Virus record (IMG/VR): IMGVR_UViG_3300008267_000234
Length of the DNA: 64,000 nucleotides
Origin: an uncultured virus (IMG/VR IMGVR_UViG_3300008267_000234)
Taxonomy: Duplodnaviria > Heunggongvirae > Uroviricota > Caudoviricetes
Direction: 5' to 3' (one strand)
Shown: in pieces, positions 10,580 to 19,907 of the stretch
Layout: the number at the start of each line of letters is the position of its first letter
Numbering within the stretch: position 1 is the stretch's first letter
Notes under the pieces: model-generated
What the model was told of the DNA's origin: nothing
Databases searched by the model: none
Seen by the model: the letters and a program-made list of their open reading frames with translations, nothing else
Program-made: the position numbers and the translations under genes

Positions 10580-11262
10580 GCTTCCTCCTTCCAGTTGTAG
10601 ATTGGCTCTCCGTGGAAATACTTGCCGTCCACCTTATCGGATCGGACATACTTCCCAAGGAACTCCACGTTGCCTTTGCGCTCCATGCGCCAGACAGCCC
10701 CTTCGCAGAGACCGACCGCCCCGTGATGTGATGGCTCTACTGCTTCCATTGCAGCCTCAATGCTCATCGGTGGACCTTCGCTCAGAACCCTTGGCGTGAT
10801 GAACCCGCACTTCCCGGCCCTGTGTGCCACCATCTCGCACGTAATCCGCTCGGTTCCAACCATGATGTCGAATGGGACGAATGGTTCGTGCCAGAGCTTG
10901 TAGATCGTACCGTGCGCCATGTGAAGCCATTCGCCGCAGACTCGCTCGCCTGGGTTGAGGAGCGAGAAGAAGCGGTCTCGGTGCTTCATGACCCAGCGAT
11001 GGAAGACTTGGTGAGTCTCAAACTTACTGGTTTCTGCCCGGTATCCAGTACGGGTGAGAGAGACGATCTCGTCTCCGATTCGCGCAACGGCAACGCAGCT
11101 CCCGTCGAGCTTTTCTTGGACGACAACATGGTCATGCCTGTCCCTTGCCTTGATGGTAAGGAGTGCTGCTTGTTGGTCGGACAGCCCTTTGTCTGCCGGA
11201 CCTCTACGGGAACCGGGCAGGTGGGGGATTGATCCGTAGGCTTTTGTATTCAGTGGTTTCAT
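10576..11262 (-). CDS. ATP-dependent RNA ligase family protein (Rnl2-like adenylation domain)
   Basis: Motif I QEKLDGSC, GEW, FDI, EGAVWR, GKYVR. Confidence 0.85.
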   Translation of the reverse strand: MKPLNTKAYGSIPHLPGSRRGPADKGLSDQQAALLTIKARDRHDHVVVQEKLDGSCVAVARIGDEIVSLTRTGYRAETSKFETHQVFHRWVMKHRDRFFSLLNPGERVCGEWLHMAHGTIYKLWHEPFVPFDIMVGTERITCEMVAHRAGKCGFITPRVLSEGPPMSIEAAMEAVEPSHHGAVGLCEGAVWRMERKGNVEFLGKYVRSDKVDGKYFHGEPIYNWKEEA

Positions 11263-13535
11263 TTTGCGCCTCCAATCATTGAATCAGCGATACCTTTTGC
11301 CATGGTGGAAATGATCTCTTTGTCCATCCCAGAGAGCGCCTTGAAAAGCTCCGGGTTTGCACAGAGGCCGGAAATTGCCTGCCCCTCAAACCATTGGCGT
11401 AGAGACATCCCGTAAGCGCCAACTGCGCCCCTGTGATCCAGCGTCACAGGAAACGCGGGTCCGTCATTATTACTTATTGATTCACTCATCGTTTTGTTCT
11501 TTGTTCGTATTCACTTTTGCTCAGTTCTATGTACCAAGCACCTACGTATCTGCGTAGATTTCTCAGTTTCATCCAGATTTCCGGGCGATCCACGTCGAAG
11601 GCGAAGAACACCGAGTTGTAAAGCCACACTTTACATCTGGCTTTAATCGGAGGAATTCCAAAGGCAAAGTAGATAGTGTCCCCGTGCATAACATCTATGC
11701 CGTCGTCGTCTTTCATGGCTTCTCCTCCTTGCCGTGCATCTCAATTCCGCCACGGTTCATTCGCTCCCACGGTAGCGGCTCGCTCCAGTCTGAGTATGCG
11801 CGGACCCATCGTGGGATTGCGGCACTGCACTCGGGGTGGTAGTTTGATTTGTATGTGTCCCCCTCGAAAGTTCCAAACGCGGCTGCGTATGGAGTCCCCC
11901 TTGGGATCGCTTCCCAGCACCAATCGCACTCCCTTTCCTTCCGGGATTGCTTAACATGTCGTTCGGTGTGGAAGCTCACTTCGGCACCTCCTTCTCCCAT
12001 CGGCACAAGAATGATTCAGGCCCATCATCTCCAGACACAAGCCAGTCCACCCGTTGAGTCATTGCCGCCGCCCTACGGAGTGTATGCACAGCCTCCTTGA
12101 ACTTGGCAATGATCTCTGGTTGAAAGAAGTTCCCTTTCTTTCCGCCCCATTCATTTGGGGTCTCGTCTTCGTTGTCGAGAATCAACTGCTCAATATCCTC
12201 AGCAATCTGGTCAATCCTATATTGATTGTAATCAAAGTGTCCTCCACTCATGGTTTTTCTTTGTTCGTTGTTTGTTTCTTCTGCTCCTCCACCCATTGAC
12301 GGGCGCGTTTGATCTGGTCTTCCAGCTTGGCAATCTTCTCTTCGTTGTAGTAGTACCCGCCTTCGATCTCGAAAATCCACTCGTCGAACTCAAAGAAAGC
12401 GTCCACTCCGCCGAAGGTTTTGAGGTGAGTAATCATGCGTTCTCCTCTCTGATTTCAAAAGATAGCTTGCTTTGCTTTTGCTGGTTTTTCGCCTCGTTCA
12501 TACATTCATCACAGACATCCTCTGTGTAATGCTCGCCATATCTATCAACATCAATGGTGTTCATATCGTCTGGATGGAGCTGTTTTCCGCAGCCGTAACA
12601 CGGGCAATGGTTCATACGCCCTCCTCTCCGCGCCAGAACTGAGGATACCACTTTTTCGCAATGGACTGATCTATTGCGTCCAGCACGCCTTCAAAAGTCT
12701 CAGCCCAGACTTCGTGGTCACTCCCGGATGCCGCGCCGAACGCAGGTTGTACTGATGCAGCGAATCCACCCACGTTGGTTTTGTGGTTTCTCCAAGGGGT
12801 TACGTCGAGTTGGTAGTGGCTCATCATTTTAATCAACGCCGGGTATTTCATTCCTCCTCCTCTCCCTCAAGCAGCATCCGCGCAAGATCCATCCCGGACG
12901 TAATCTTCCTCACAGGCTTCTCCCCAAGCGATGCCTCGTACTTCTTCCTGCCACCATCGTTATCGGTGATGTGCCACTCAATCCAGCCGTCTGTATCCAG
13001 CATCTCCAGCATGGTGTCCCACGCCTTCCAAATCGCGTTACAGAGCGGCCCGTCGATGTCCAGTACGCCCGCGAGAGCCCCGGCTTCGATACGCAGGGTG
13101 ATGTCCCTGTGGGTGGCGTAGAGCCTGTCGATCTTCTCCGCGAGTTCTGTGATTTGTTGTTCTTTACTCATGTGTTTCAGTTTTTGCCAAAAGCTCCCGA
13201 TACGCGGCGGCTACGATTCTTGCGGCAGTCCGATTCAAGTCCTCGCCTTCTCGGCTGTACGGAACCATTGCCGCAGCCAGCGGAACCCAAGCCCAAGCAT
13301 CGCACCTGTTTGGATCTCGCGGATCAAAGTCAATGAACGCCAGCGCATCCTTTAGTTCTTGTTTCATATCTTCAATAGATCGCACGTTTACTTCTGTCGG
13401 CAATCCCGCGTCCGCGTATGCTGTACATTCAAACCAAGACTTAGTCTCCCGTTCCAGCACTGATTCTGGCATCAGCTTGTCGTGCAGCCTTTTTGATTCT
13501 GCTGTCATCGCTCGCCATCTTGCTTCGTCGTTCAT
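11259..13535 (-). other. Small hypothetical genes: 11259-11489, 11486-11716, 11713-11979, 11976-12251, 12248-12436, 12433-12615, 12612-12851, 12848-13171, 13164-13535
   Basis: Chain of overlapping ORFs; first has the GPAFP...GMSLRQWF.GQA motif common in phage accessory proteins. Confidence 0.75.
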
Positions 13536-13541
13536 AAGTGT

Positions 13542-13617
13542 TGGTGCGCTTGACAGGACTTGAACCTGCGACTGAGGAAAAATTGAACCTCCGCTCTGAC
13601 CGCTAAGCTACAAGCGC
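13542..13617 (-). tRNA. tRNA-like gene with non-canonical anticodon arm (identity undetermined)
   Basis: Acceptor GCGCTTG/CAAGCGC, discriminator A, encoded CCA, D-stem GCTT/GAGC, T-arm GCAGG-TTCAAGT-CCTGT; anticodon arm GAGG-TTCAATTTTT-CCTC. Confidence 0.85.
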
Positions 13618-13625
13618 ATAATTGA

Positions 13626-14500
13626 TTACGCCTTCTGATTCCTCAGCCAGCGACGGCAGCTCTCGGACATCTTCTTCGACGGGACCAGAAGCGAGCATCC
13701 CTCCGTCTCGGACGGCAGTAAAGAGAAGTCCCCGTCCACGCGGGCGAGGAGGTACGTCACGGCCTTTCTGGCAAAGACCTCCGGCATCTCGCACGGACGG
13801 TTCTCGGAGATCGCTTGGATCAACTGCCCACCGTCTTTCGGGCGAAATGTGTTTTCTTGGAATTGGTTCATTGTTTGTGGCTCTTATTTTGCAGTGCGCT
13901 TGAAGTGCAGTTCATTGTACCGCCGGACTCCTTTCTGGCAAGTATAGCGGAGAACGATAATCTTTGCCCCTTTATCCGCAATGCGATCCAAAGATCGGCA
14001 GTGGCGCTCTGCTGCTTTTTTGGTTCGGCAGTCCTTGTGACTGGAGTACCCTTTGTGTGGAACTTGACCGTAGCGGTCGTCGCTCATGTTGAGCCATCGG
14101 TTTAGCTTGCGGCACCACATGGTCATTCCAAACGACGTAACACTATACGAGACCTTAACTTTTCTTTTCATTGTTTGATCTGCTTGTTCAGAAGTTCGCG
14201 TGCATCCTTGATTGCAATGGCAACCATTCCCGGCTCAAGCCAGTGCAGCCTCAACTCTCCATCATTCATGTACGACAGGCGATACATCGCATCCGCCGCA
14301 TCATTCATGCAATGCGCCTGATCTGGATACGGAGCTTTGACAATGTCCTTCCTGTACCCGAATATATCTTCCGGTAGCGGTTCCTTGGATCGCAGGAACT
14401 CGTTGACCAGCGGCTCCCAATGAGGAGGGACTAAGCCTTCTTGCCGAATCTCCTCAAGGAGTTTGATTAGATCCTTGGTGACTTTTGAATAGTGGTTCAT
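13626..14500 (-). other. Hypothetical genes 13626-13871, 13884-14171, 14168-14500
   Basis: Consecutive minus-strand ORFs. Confidence 0.7.
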
Positions 14501-14622
14501 TGGAAATTAGTGCCGCTTCGTGGATTGAGCCAAGCGTGCGGCGGCGCTTGTATGAATCAGCCCAACGGCTTTAGCTCTGCGCTCTCACGATTTACGCTGT
14601 GCATGACGACACGCCTAGGAAA

Positions 14623-15198
14623 TCAAGTAACCTGCTTCAGATGAAGCGGGGTTTCAAGTGGAGGATCTGGAAGTGGCGTGTTGAAGCACTTGGACTCGTC
14701 ATCGCAGACCCAGCGACCCTCGCCATCCGACTTGTACAGATAAACGTCCCATGGGAAAAGCATGCCCAGCACAAGATAGATCACAGAATCTACGGCTACC
14801 GTATTGATTGCGTCTTTCTCGACATTGCTGGCATTTTGCTTTTGCCTTGAAGACAGAACGCATTTTTGGGTTGCGCCATCTTCCCCGAGTTGCGTGATGA
14901 GGTACTTTTGACGGCGGGATTTATCCAGCCCGAAATACTCCACCCGCAGGGACCACTTCGTATTTGGGAGGCCGCCAAGAACACCCGGCTTGCCGACTTC
15001 CGAGAAGTCTTTGGATGCCCATCCCTTCAGTTTATCCCACATGGCACTGGAAACCCCGTTGAGGTAACGAAGCCTTTCATCCTTGTCGCCACATACACCA
15101 GGAAGGCTGTACAGGACCAGCGCATCGTCTGCGAAATGAACCCGCAGCCAGTCTGCCCCGCGTTGCATTGTGAATAGTTCGATTGGGTATGCTTGCAT
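14623..15198 (-). CDS. Hypothetical protein (~191 aa)
   Basis: Long ORF; start moved to ATG 15198. Confidence 0.7.
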   Translation of the reverse strand: MQAYPIELFTMQRGADWLRVHFADDALVLYSLPGVCGDKDERLRYLNGVSSAMWDKLKGWASKDFSEVGKPGVLGGLPNTKWSLRVEYFGLDKSRRQKYLITQLGEDGATQKCVLSSRQKQNASNVEKDAINTVAVDSVIYLVLGMLFPWDVYLYKSDGEGRWVCDDESKCFNTPLPDPPLETPLHLKQVT

Positions 15199-15212
15199 GG
15201 TTGTTTGATATA

Positions 15213-15491
15213 TCACCATTTCGTAGCCGAACTCCACCACGCCGCAGATAAACGTCCTTTTGCGATGTTCTTCGCGTGTCTTGCCTTGAAGGACTCCCTC
15301 CTTGCTTTTGCTTCCTTGGACTCACCCTCCCGCTTCGGACTGCCGCTCACGCCTTGCTGTCCAAATCGAATCGTCTTCACTGTATCACCAACCTTGGCGA
15401 CAACAACGTGGCTCTTGGTTGGATGCGACGGGGTGCGCTTTGGCTGGTTGTATCCCTTAAGATCAAGGCGGGTGAGGCGGGAATCTTTCAT
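15213..15491 (-). CDS. Conserved small basic phage protein (92 aa)
   Basis: K.IRFGQQG...ARR.SF.ARH...SAAWWS...KW pattern familiar from aquatic phages. Confidence 0.8.
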   Translation of the reverse strand: MKDSRLTRLDLKGYNQPKRTPSHPTKSHVVVAKVGDTVKTIRFGQQGVSGSPKREGESKEAKARRESFKARHAKNIAKGRLSAAWWSSATKW

Positions 15492-15506
15492 GCGGTAGAG
15501 TACCTG

Positions 15507-15815
15507 CTACTGGCAACTGTCGCAATCAGGATTGTCGATACTGCAAGCCTTGCCCAGTGGAACGTCGTCAAGATCGTCGTCAACGGATGCCCCAGCGGCA
15601 GAAGGGAGCGGAGTGATCCTAGGTTTCTCCACAGCCCCGCTGCCACCGGGAAAGTCTTTGAGCGCATCCATGACACGCTTCCGCATATATGCTGCCTTGA
15701 TATACAGCCGCTCAGTCTCCTCACTCGTAGTCGCATTGATCGACGCCTCCCACGCCAAGATGGTGTCGCGCATCAACGGGGCGAGGTCGTGTAGCTTCTG
15801 TTCGTCCCCGTTCAT
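15507..15815 (-). CDS. Small protein ending in an RNR-like ACSIDNPDCDSCQ tail
   Basis: Coupled ORF; helical N-terminus, acidic linker, terminal CxxC. Confidence 0.75.
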   Translation of the reverse strand: MNGDEQKLHDLAPLMRDTILAWEASINATTSEETERLYIKAAYMRKRVMDALKDFPGGSGAVEKPRITPLPSAAGASVDDDLDDVPLGKACSIDNPDCDSCQ

Positions 15816-16033
15816 TTCCGTGTCCTCCTCATCAGCAAAGCGAACCCGGCAGCAGTCAGCAGGACGATTGGCGAAGACGGCTCTGGAGCCGCAATAGGAT
15901 CGACATGGATTCCATTGTGGTCCCAGTGATCGTTGTGCCAGTAAGAGGGGACGAGTGGCCCGTCCCTGCCAAGGGTAAAAACGGCAGATGCGTTGGTGGT
16001 AAATGCGAAGAGTGCGAGTAGTGCGTATTTCAT
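15812..16033 (-). CDS. Mini PEP-CTERM protein (73 aa)
   Basis: Signal peptide (ASA), APEPSS, hydrophobic helix, RRTRK. Confidence 0.85.
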   Translation of the reverse strand: MKYALLALFAFTTNASAVFTLGRDGPLVPSYWHNDHWDHNGIHVDPIAAPEPSSPIVLLTAAGFALLMRRTRK

Positions 16034-16038
16034 TGGTT

Positions 16039-16299
16039 TTATTTATTTCGTGTCATCAAAAGTGCGGCCCCGGCGAGAGTCAGGAGAACCAACGGTGAGT
16101 CTGGCTCTGGAACTGAGGGTGGTCTCGTGTCTTCAGTCCAGCGTGTCCCGGCGGAGGTATCCCTGCTGTGATCTCTGGATGTGCTTTCCGACTTGTCCTT
16201 GTCCTTCCCCCGGCCCTTGTTCTGAAAGTCGAACTCTGGTCCGATAACGGCAACCGCAGTAGCTCCGGCTGCGAATAGCGAGATGAGAATTGTCTTCAT
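16039..16299 (-). CDS. Mini PEP-CTERM protein (86 aa)
   Basis: Signal peptide (AVA), VPEPDS, hydrophobic helix, RNK. Confidence 0.82.
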   Translation of the reverse strand: MKTILISLFAAGATAVAVIGPEFDFQNKGRGKDKDKSESTSRDHSRDTSAGTRWTEDTRPPSVPEPDSPLVLLTLAGAALLMTRNK

Positions 16300-16652
16300 G
16301 GTTGGTTGGCTTCAAGTCCTGCGGCGAATGCGATCCGTGCAACTTCCTTTAGTTGGCACATCAGGATCTCGCCGCTCTTGTTAATCTCAAGCAGCTTCTT
16401 TTCAAGCGCCGCGTTTGCGGATTCTGTGGCGAGCCAGCAGACGGCTGCGGCATCGAATTCCCCGGTGGCGATATAGTCCTGCATCAGGCTTTCCGCTTCA
16501 TCCGGGTTGACCCAGGCGCATGTGAAGCACTCAGGGGAATTAGACTGGTGCCCTTGCCCGCACTCAGGGCATTCCCAGACGAACCCCATGCAGGTATCGC
16601 AGTCGCAGGAAACGATGGCTCCGGGGCATTGGCAGGCTGGGTTGTAGTTCAT
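16296..16652 (-). CDS. Zn-ribbon/Cys-rich protein (118 aa)
   Basis: Several CxxC pairs, C-terminal coiled coil. Confidence 0.7.
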   Translation of the reverse strand: MNYNPACQCPGAIVSCDCDTCMGFVWECPECGQGHQSNSPECFTCAWVNPDEAESLMQDYIATGEFDAAAVCWLATESANAALEKKLLEINKSGEILMCQLKEVARIAFAAGLEANQP

Positions 16653-16858
16653 GGCAGTTTCTGGGCAATCAGTTCGTCAATCATGTCGTCCCATCGCTCG
16701 CCGTTTAGGTTGCGTATATGGAGTTCAGAAATCTTCAGCGGGCTCAGCTTCCGCATCTCCTCGTACCGGAGGTAGCCTCTGGCGCACGGAAGTCCCCCTT
16801 CTTCGATAAGAACGCGCCGCTCTTCTTGCCAGATAAGATTCAAATCAGATTCACGCAT
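16649..16858 (-). CDS. Hypothetical protein (69 aa), first gene of the leftward operon
   Basis: ATG 16858 downstream of divergent promoter region. Confidence 0.6.
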   Translation of the reverse strand: MRESDLNLIWQEERRVLIEEGGLPCARGYLRYEEMRKLSPLKISELHIRNLNGERWDDMIDELIAQKLP

Positions 16859-16893
16859 GTGAGATATTCCTTCGTTCTCGCCGCCATCACAAA

Positions 16894-16932
16894 TACGCAA
16901 TCGCGTGTTTGCAAAGATTACGCATCCACGTA
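16894..16932. promoter_or_regulatory. Tandem TACGY-N4-RCGTA operators in a divergent promoter
   Basis: TACGCaatcGCGTG (16894) and TACGCatccACGTA (16919). Confidence 0.75.
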
Positions 16933-16941
16933 GATTCCGGT

Positions 16942-17295
16942 ATGACCCCATCGGCAGATCAAATCTCTCAAGACTACACAAAGCAGATGTCAGACCTCGG
17001 CTACTCGGTATTCGTCGTGGCTATCTCTGGAGTTCCAGATGACGAACGCGAGACAGACGACACGGCGATTGCCGTCTGCGCCTTGCCTCCTTCCGCTGGA
17101 GAGATGCCCGGTGACGAGTACCTGAACTTCGCCCTGAAGCGCATCGGTCAATCCTCCCGCGTGGCATACGACCTGTTCCGGCAAACCGGAGTTTCGGTCG
17201 TGAAGAACATGACGGACGACGAAGATGCCATCGCTGCCGTGCAAGCCATGGTGGATGAGATCCTGCCGCCCGCGTTTGAAGAAGGAAGCAACTGA
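16942..17295 (+). CDS. Hypothetical acidic protein (117 aa)
   Basis: ATG 16942; precedes endolysin. Confidence 0.7.
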   Translation: MTPSADQISQDYTKQMSDLGYSVFVVAISGVPDDERETDDTAIAVCALPPSAGEMPGDEYLNFALKRIGQSSRVAYDLFRQTGVSVVKNMTDDEDAIAAVQAMVDEILPPAFEEGSN

Positions 17296-17304
17296 ACCAT
17301 CACC

Positions 17305-17943
17305 ATGAGTACCCTAGAACTACGCCAGAGATTAGTCGAGATCGCCCGCAGAGACGTGGGCAAAGTCGAGATCAGCCACAATAGAGCGCCGTGGGTCCAA
17401 AAATACTGGGGATCTACGGATTACCCAAATGGACACAGGGATCGGGCTCCATTTTGTGCAGCCGCCGTAGCTTATTGGGTTCACCAGTGGCTCAAGGACA
17501 AAGAAGTCTTGGCTCAGTTGAAGTTGACTCTCGAAATGGCAGAACGCTGGCGCTGTAAATCTGCCGCTGCGTTTGCTTGGGCAACATGGGCGCAAGGACG
17601 GATCGCTTCATTCAACAAAGAGAAGGCAGCGAGAGAGGCCGCTGGATACAAGCCAAAACCCCAGGACCTACAGGTCGCCGGATTCAACGCCAACAGACAG
17701 GTCCAAATTATCTACGAGCAAAAAGACAGGAATGAAGGCAAACCCCGCCAAAGACTCAGGGCTGGTGATTTAATGATTTTTTCGATGTCCCACATAGGAA
17801 TAGTCGAGAATGACAATGCCAACATTGTCCAGACAGTGGAGGCAAACACAGGGGCTAACGGAAGCCGGGACGGTGACGGTTGCTTTTCAAAGACGCGAGA
17901 CCGCAAAGAGGCCCGCTTCTTCGTTCGCCTCATGGACCCGTGA
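17305..17943 (+). CDS. CHAP-like peptidoglycan hydrolase (endolysin candidate)
   Basis: PFCAAAV (Cys), GDLMIF, SHIGIV (His), TVEANT. Confidence 0.8.
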   Translation: MSTLELRQRLVEIARRDVGKVEISHNRAPWVQKYWGSTDYPNGHRDRAPFCAAAVAYWVHQWLKDKEVLAQLKLTLEMAERWRCKSAAAFAWATWAQGRIASFNKEKAAREAAGYKPKPQDLQVAGFNANRQVQIIYEQKDRNEGKPRQRLRAGDLMIFSMSHIGIVENDNANIVQTVEANTGANGSRDGDGCFSKTRDRKEARFFVRLMDP

Positions 17944-18032
17944 CGCACTTGCACTTCCCGGCGGTCAGCGCCCGCCCCCACTTGTGCCAGCACAGAGGGC
18001 ACCATCCTTCCGGCGTGTACAACTTGGAATAG

Positions 18033-18422
18033 TCACGCTGCGCTTGCGGAGAGGAGTCTTTTCCCGCAGTTCCTGATGCACTTATCTGCGACGAGTCCAC
18101 GTTTATTGACGATTCTAAGGAACAGTTCATTGGAGATCGTCCACCCGTCCGACAGTTCAATCAACTGGTCAAAGCGGAAACCTAGGGCGATCCAGTAGCG
18201 CCGGAAATTCGACGCATTGGTGCCTTCTCCGTTTTCGATCCTGCGGACCAAGTCATCTCGGCAATCCATCAGCCTTGCGACTTCCTCTTGGGTCAGCGGG
18301 TTCTTCGTCTTCCCTTGTGTGTTCCGGCTGAGACGCAGAAACTTCAGCATTTCTCTTGGCTTCCCGACAACGTCATTCGGATCAATTTTCGTCAGGTCTT
18401 TTCTACGGCTTTTTCTTGGCAT
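18033..18422 (-). CDS. XRE/Cro-type HTH regulator
   Basis: LTQEEVARLMDCRDDLVRRIENG. Confidence 0.8.
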   Translation of the reverse strand: MPRKSRRKDLTKIDPNDVVGKPREMLKFLRLSRNTQGKTKNPLTQEEVARLMDCRDDLVRRIENGEGTNASNFRRYWIALGFRFDQLIELSDGWTISNELFLRIVNKRGLVADKCIRNCGKRLLSASAA

Positions 18423-18434
18423 ATGGTTGGTGGT

Positions 18435-18653
18435 TTAATCTTGGTGCAGCAGAATCCAGAGCGCGAAGTCACGGGCATCAATACTAGGGATCTCCACCAG
18501 CGTCTCTTGATCGTGCGCCATAAGGACGAAGTCGCCGTTCTCATCCCGGCGCATGATGAGCTTCTTGTCTAGCGAGCGGGATAGGAAGTGCTTCTTCTTC
18601 CATGCGGCAGGCTGGATCAGGTTTGCGTTGTACTTGATTGGTGCCTGGCTCAT
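18435..18653 (-). CDS. Hypothetical protein (72 aa)
   Basis: ATG 18653 adjacent to upstream stop. Confidence 0.6.
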   Translation of the reverse strand: MSQAPIKYNANLIQPAAWKKKHFLSRSLDKKLIMRRDENGDFVLMAHDQETLVEIPSIDARDFALWILLHQD

Positions 18654-18654
18654 C

Positions 18655-18882
18655 TTACGACATCCTCCAGATCCGCGTTTCGGTTGCAGAGACCTTGCGG
18701 GTGCAGAGTTTGATTCCCCGTTGCCATGCCGTTGTGCGAATCGAATTCGCGTGCTTGCTCGGAAGCAGCACCGAGTCCCCGACCTCCATCGCATCCAGTA
18801 AAGCCTTGGCGCTTCCGTAGCTTCCAATTTCCCTCGGCACTGGAATCCCTTTTTCGATCTTTGGTAGTTGTGTTTCGCTCAT
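18655..18882 (-). CDS. Small putative DNA-binding phage protein
   Basis: IEKGIPVP...MEVGDSV...RIWR pattern. Confidence 0.75.
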   Translation of the reverse strand: MSETQLPKIEKGIPVPREIGSYGSAKALLDAMEVGDSVLLPSKHANSIRTTAWQRGIKLCTRKVSATETRIWRMS

Positions 18883-18932
18883 CTGGTAGAAGTAATGGTT
18901 GTTTGATCTGTCTGCAATTACGCAACGCCGTA

Positions 18933-19526
18933 TCAGGACGGGCGGTAGAACTCGCCAAAGTGTTCGCGGGCCGCTCTGTCGTAGGCGGCAGCAGCATCCG
19001 CGATCTCTTCAAAGTATCCGAGGTGCAGCGTTTTGCCGTCGATCTGGATCTTCGCTTCCCATTTCCCGCGATTCTTGATCCGTGTAACGCCCTTGCAACC
19101 ACTAGTGTTGTTCTTGTTCTTCCCGCGATTCCTGCCGTTCTCGGTCGGGGTTGCCAACCTGAGATTGCTTGGGTTGTTGTTCAGGCTGTCGCCGTCCCGA
19201 TGATCTGTATGTAAAACGCCTGGGTCTGACCCGGTTGTCAGCGCAAGGACAATTCGGTGGCATGTGCATTCATGCGTGCCTACGCGCACCCGGTAGTATG
19301 TTTTTCCGTATCCGACATTCACGGTAGATCCGGCTTCTTTTCCTGCATACATCGCATTGAAGATGTTCCACCCGCGTTGATTCTGGAAGTGATGCCTTGG
19401 TCTGATCTTCCAGCGGAGCCATGTTTTGCTGGTCGGGTCTATCTCGAAAGCCTCGCGGATCAAATCCATTTGCAGCGGAACCGCAGTTTTCGGCAGGTGT
19501 TTTCTGGATACTTTCGACTGACTCAT
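18933..19526 (-). CDS. HNH endonuclease with C-terminal AP2 domain
   Basis: HRIV, DHRDGDSLNNNPSNLR, N..N, NTSG.KGV, W.AKI, LGYF, AA.AYD.AA. Confidence 0.92.
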   Translation of the reverse strand: MSQSKVSRKHLPKTAVPLQMDLIREAFEIDPTSKTWLRWKIRPRHHFQNQRGWNIFNAMYAGKEAGSTVNVGYGKTYYRVRVGTHECTCHRIVLALTTGSDPGVLHTDHRDGDSLNNNPSNLRLATPTENGRNRGKNKNNTSGCKGVTRIKNRGKWEAKIQIDGKTLHLGYFEEIADAAAAYDRAAREHFGEFYRPS

Positions 19527-19580
19527 GTCTGGCTGGTAGGTTGTTGCTTGTTCGGTATATTTCAATTACGGGATGGCGTA

Positions 19581-19838
19581 TTAGGATTCTCGTTCATCCT
19601 GGAACGCACCAGAAAGCCTTTCCAGCATGTTCGCAATTCGGGCATGGTCCGGGATTAAATCCGACCCATCTTCTTCTCGTAAATACGGATTAACCACACG
19701 GGTGATATTTTCCCGATAGCAGTAGGCGTGAGACAACCGGGTGGCAAGCTCTGCAATTATTGGGCCATGCTCACCGCCAACGCTTGCCTTTTCAAAGGCT
19801 GTGGCGATCAGGACTAGGAGCGACATTTCGTCGTACAT
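19581..19838 (-). CDS. Hypothetical protein (85 aa)
   Basis: ORF between RNA element copy 1 and the HNH gene. Confidence 0.6.
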   Translation of the reverse strand: MYDEMSLLVLIATAFEKASVGGEHGPIIAELATRLSHAYCYRENITRVVNPYLREEDGSDLIPDHARIANMLERLSGAFQDERES

Positions 19839-19907
19839 AATTCAGGCTTTCTAGTATCTGCCTGTGTTGTGTGGTTCAAATACGTTTCTGCGTATTCTGG
19901 AAGAGAG

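Noticed and set aside
13542..13617. Opal suppressor tRNA (UCA in loop) and genome recoding
   Set aside because: UCA is not centred in a canonical loop; long genes are intact in code 11; the TGA at 30411 continues in another frame, not by read-through.
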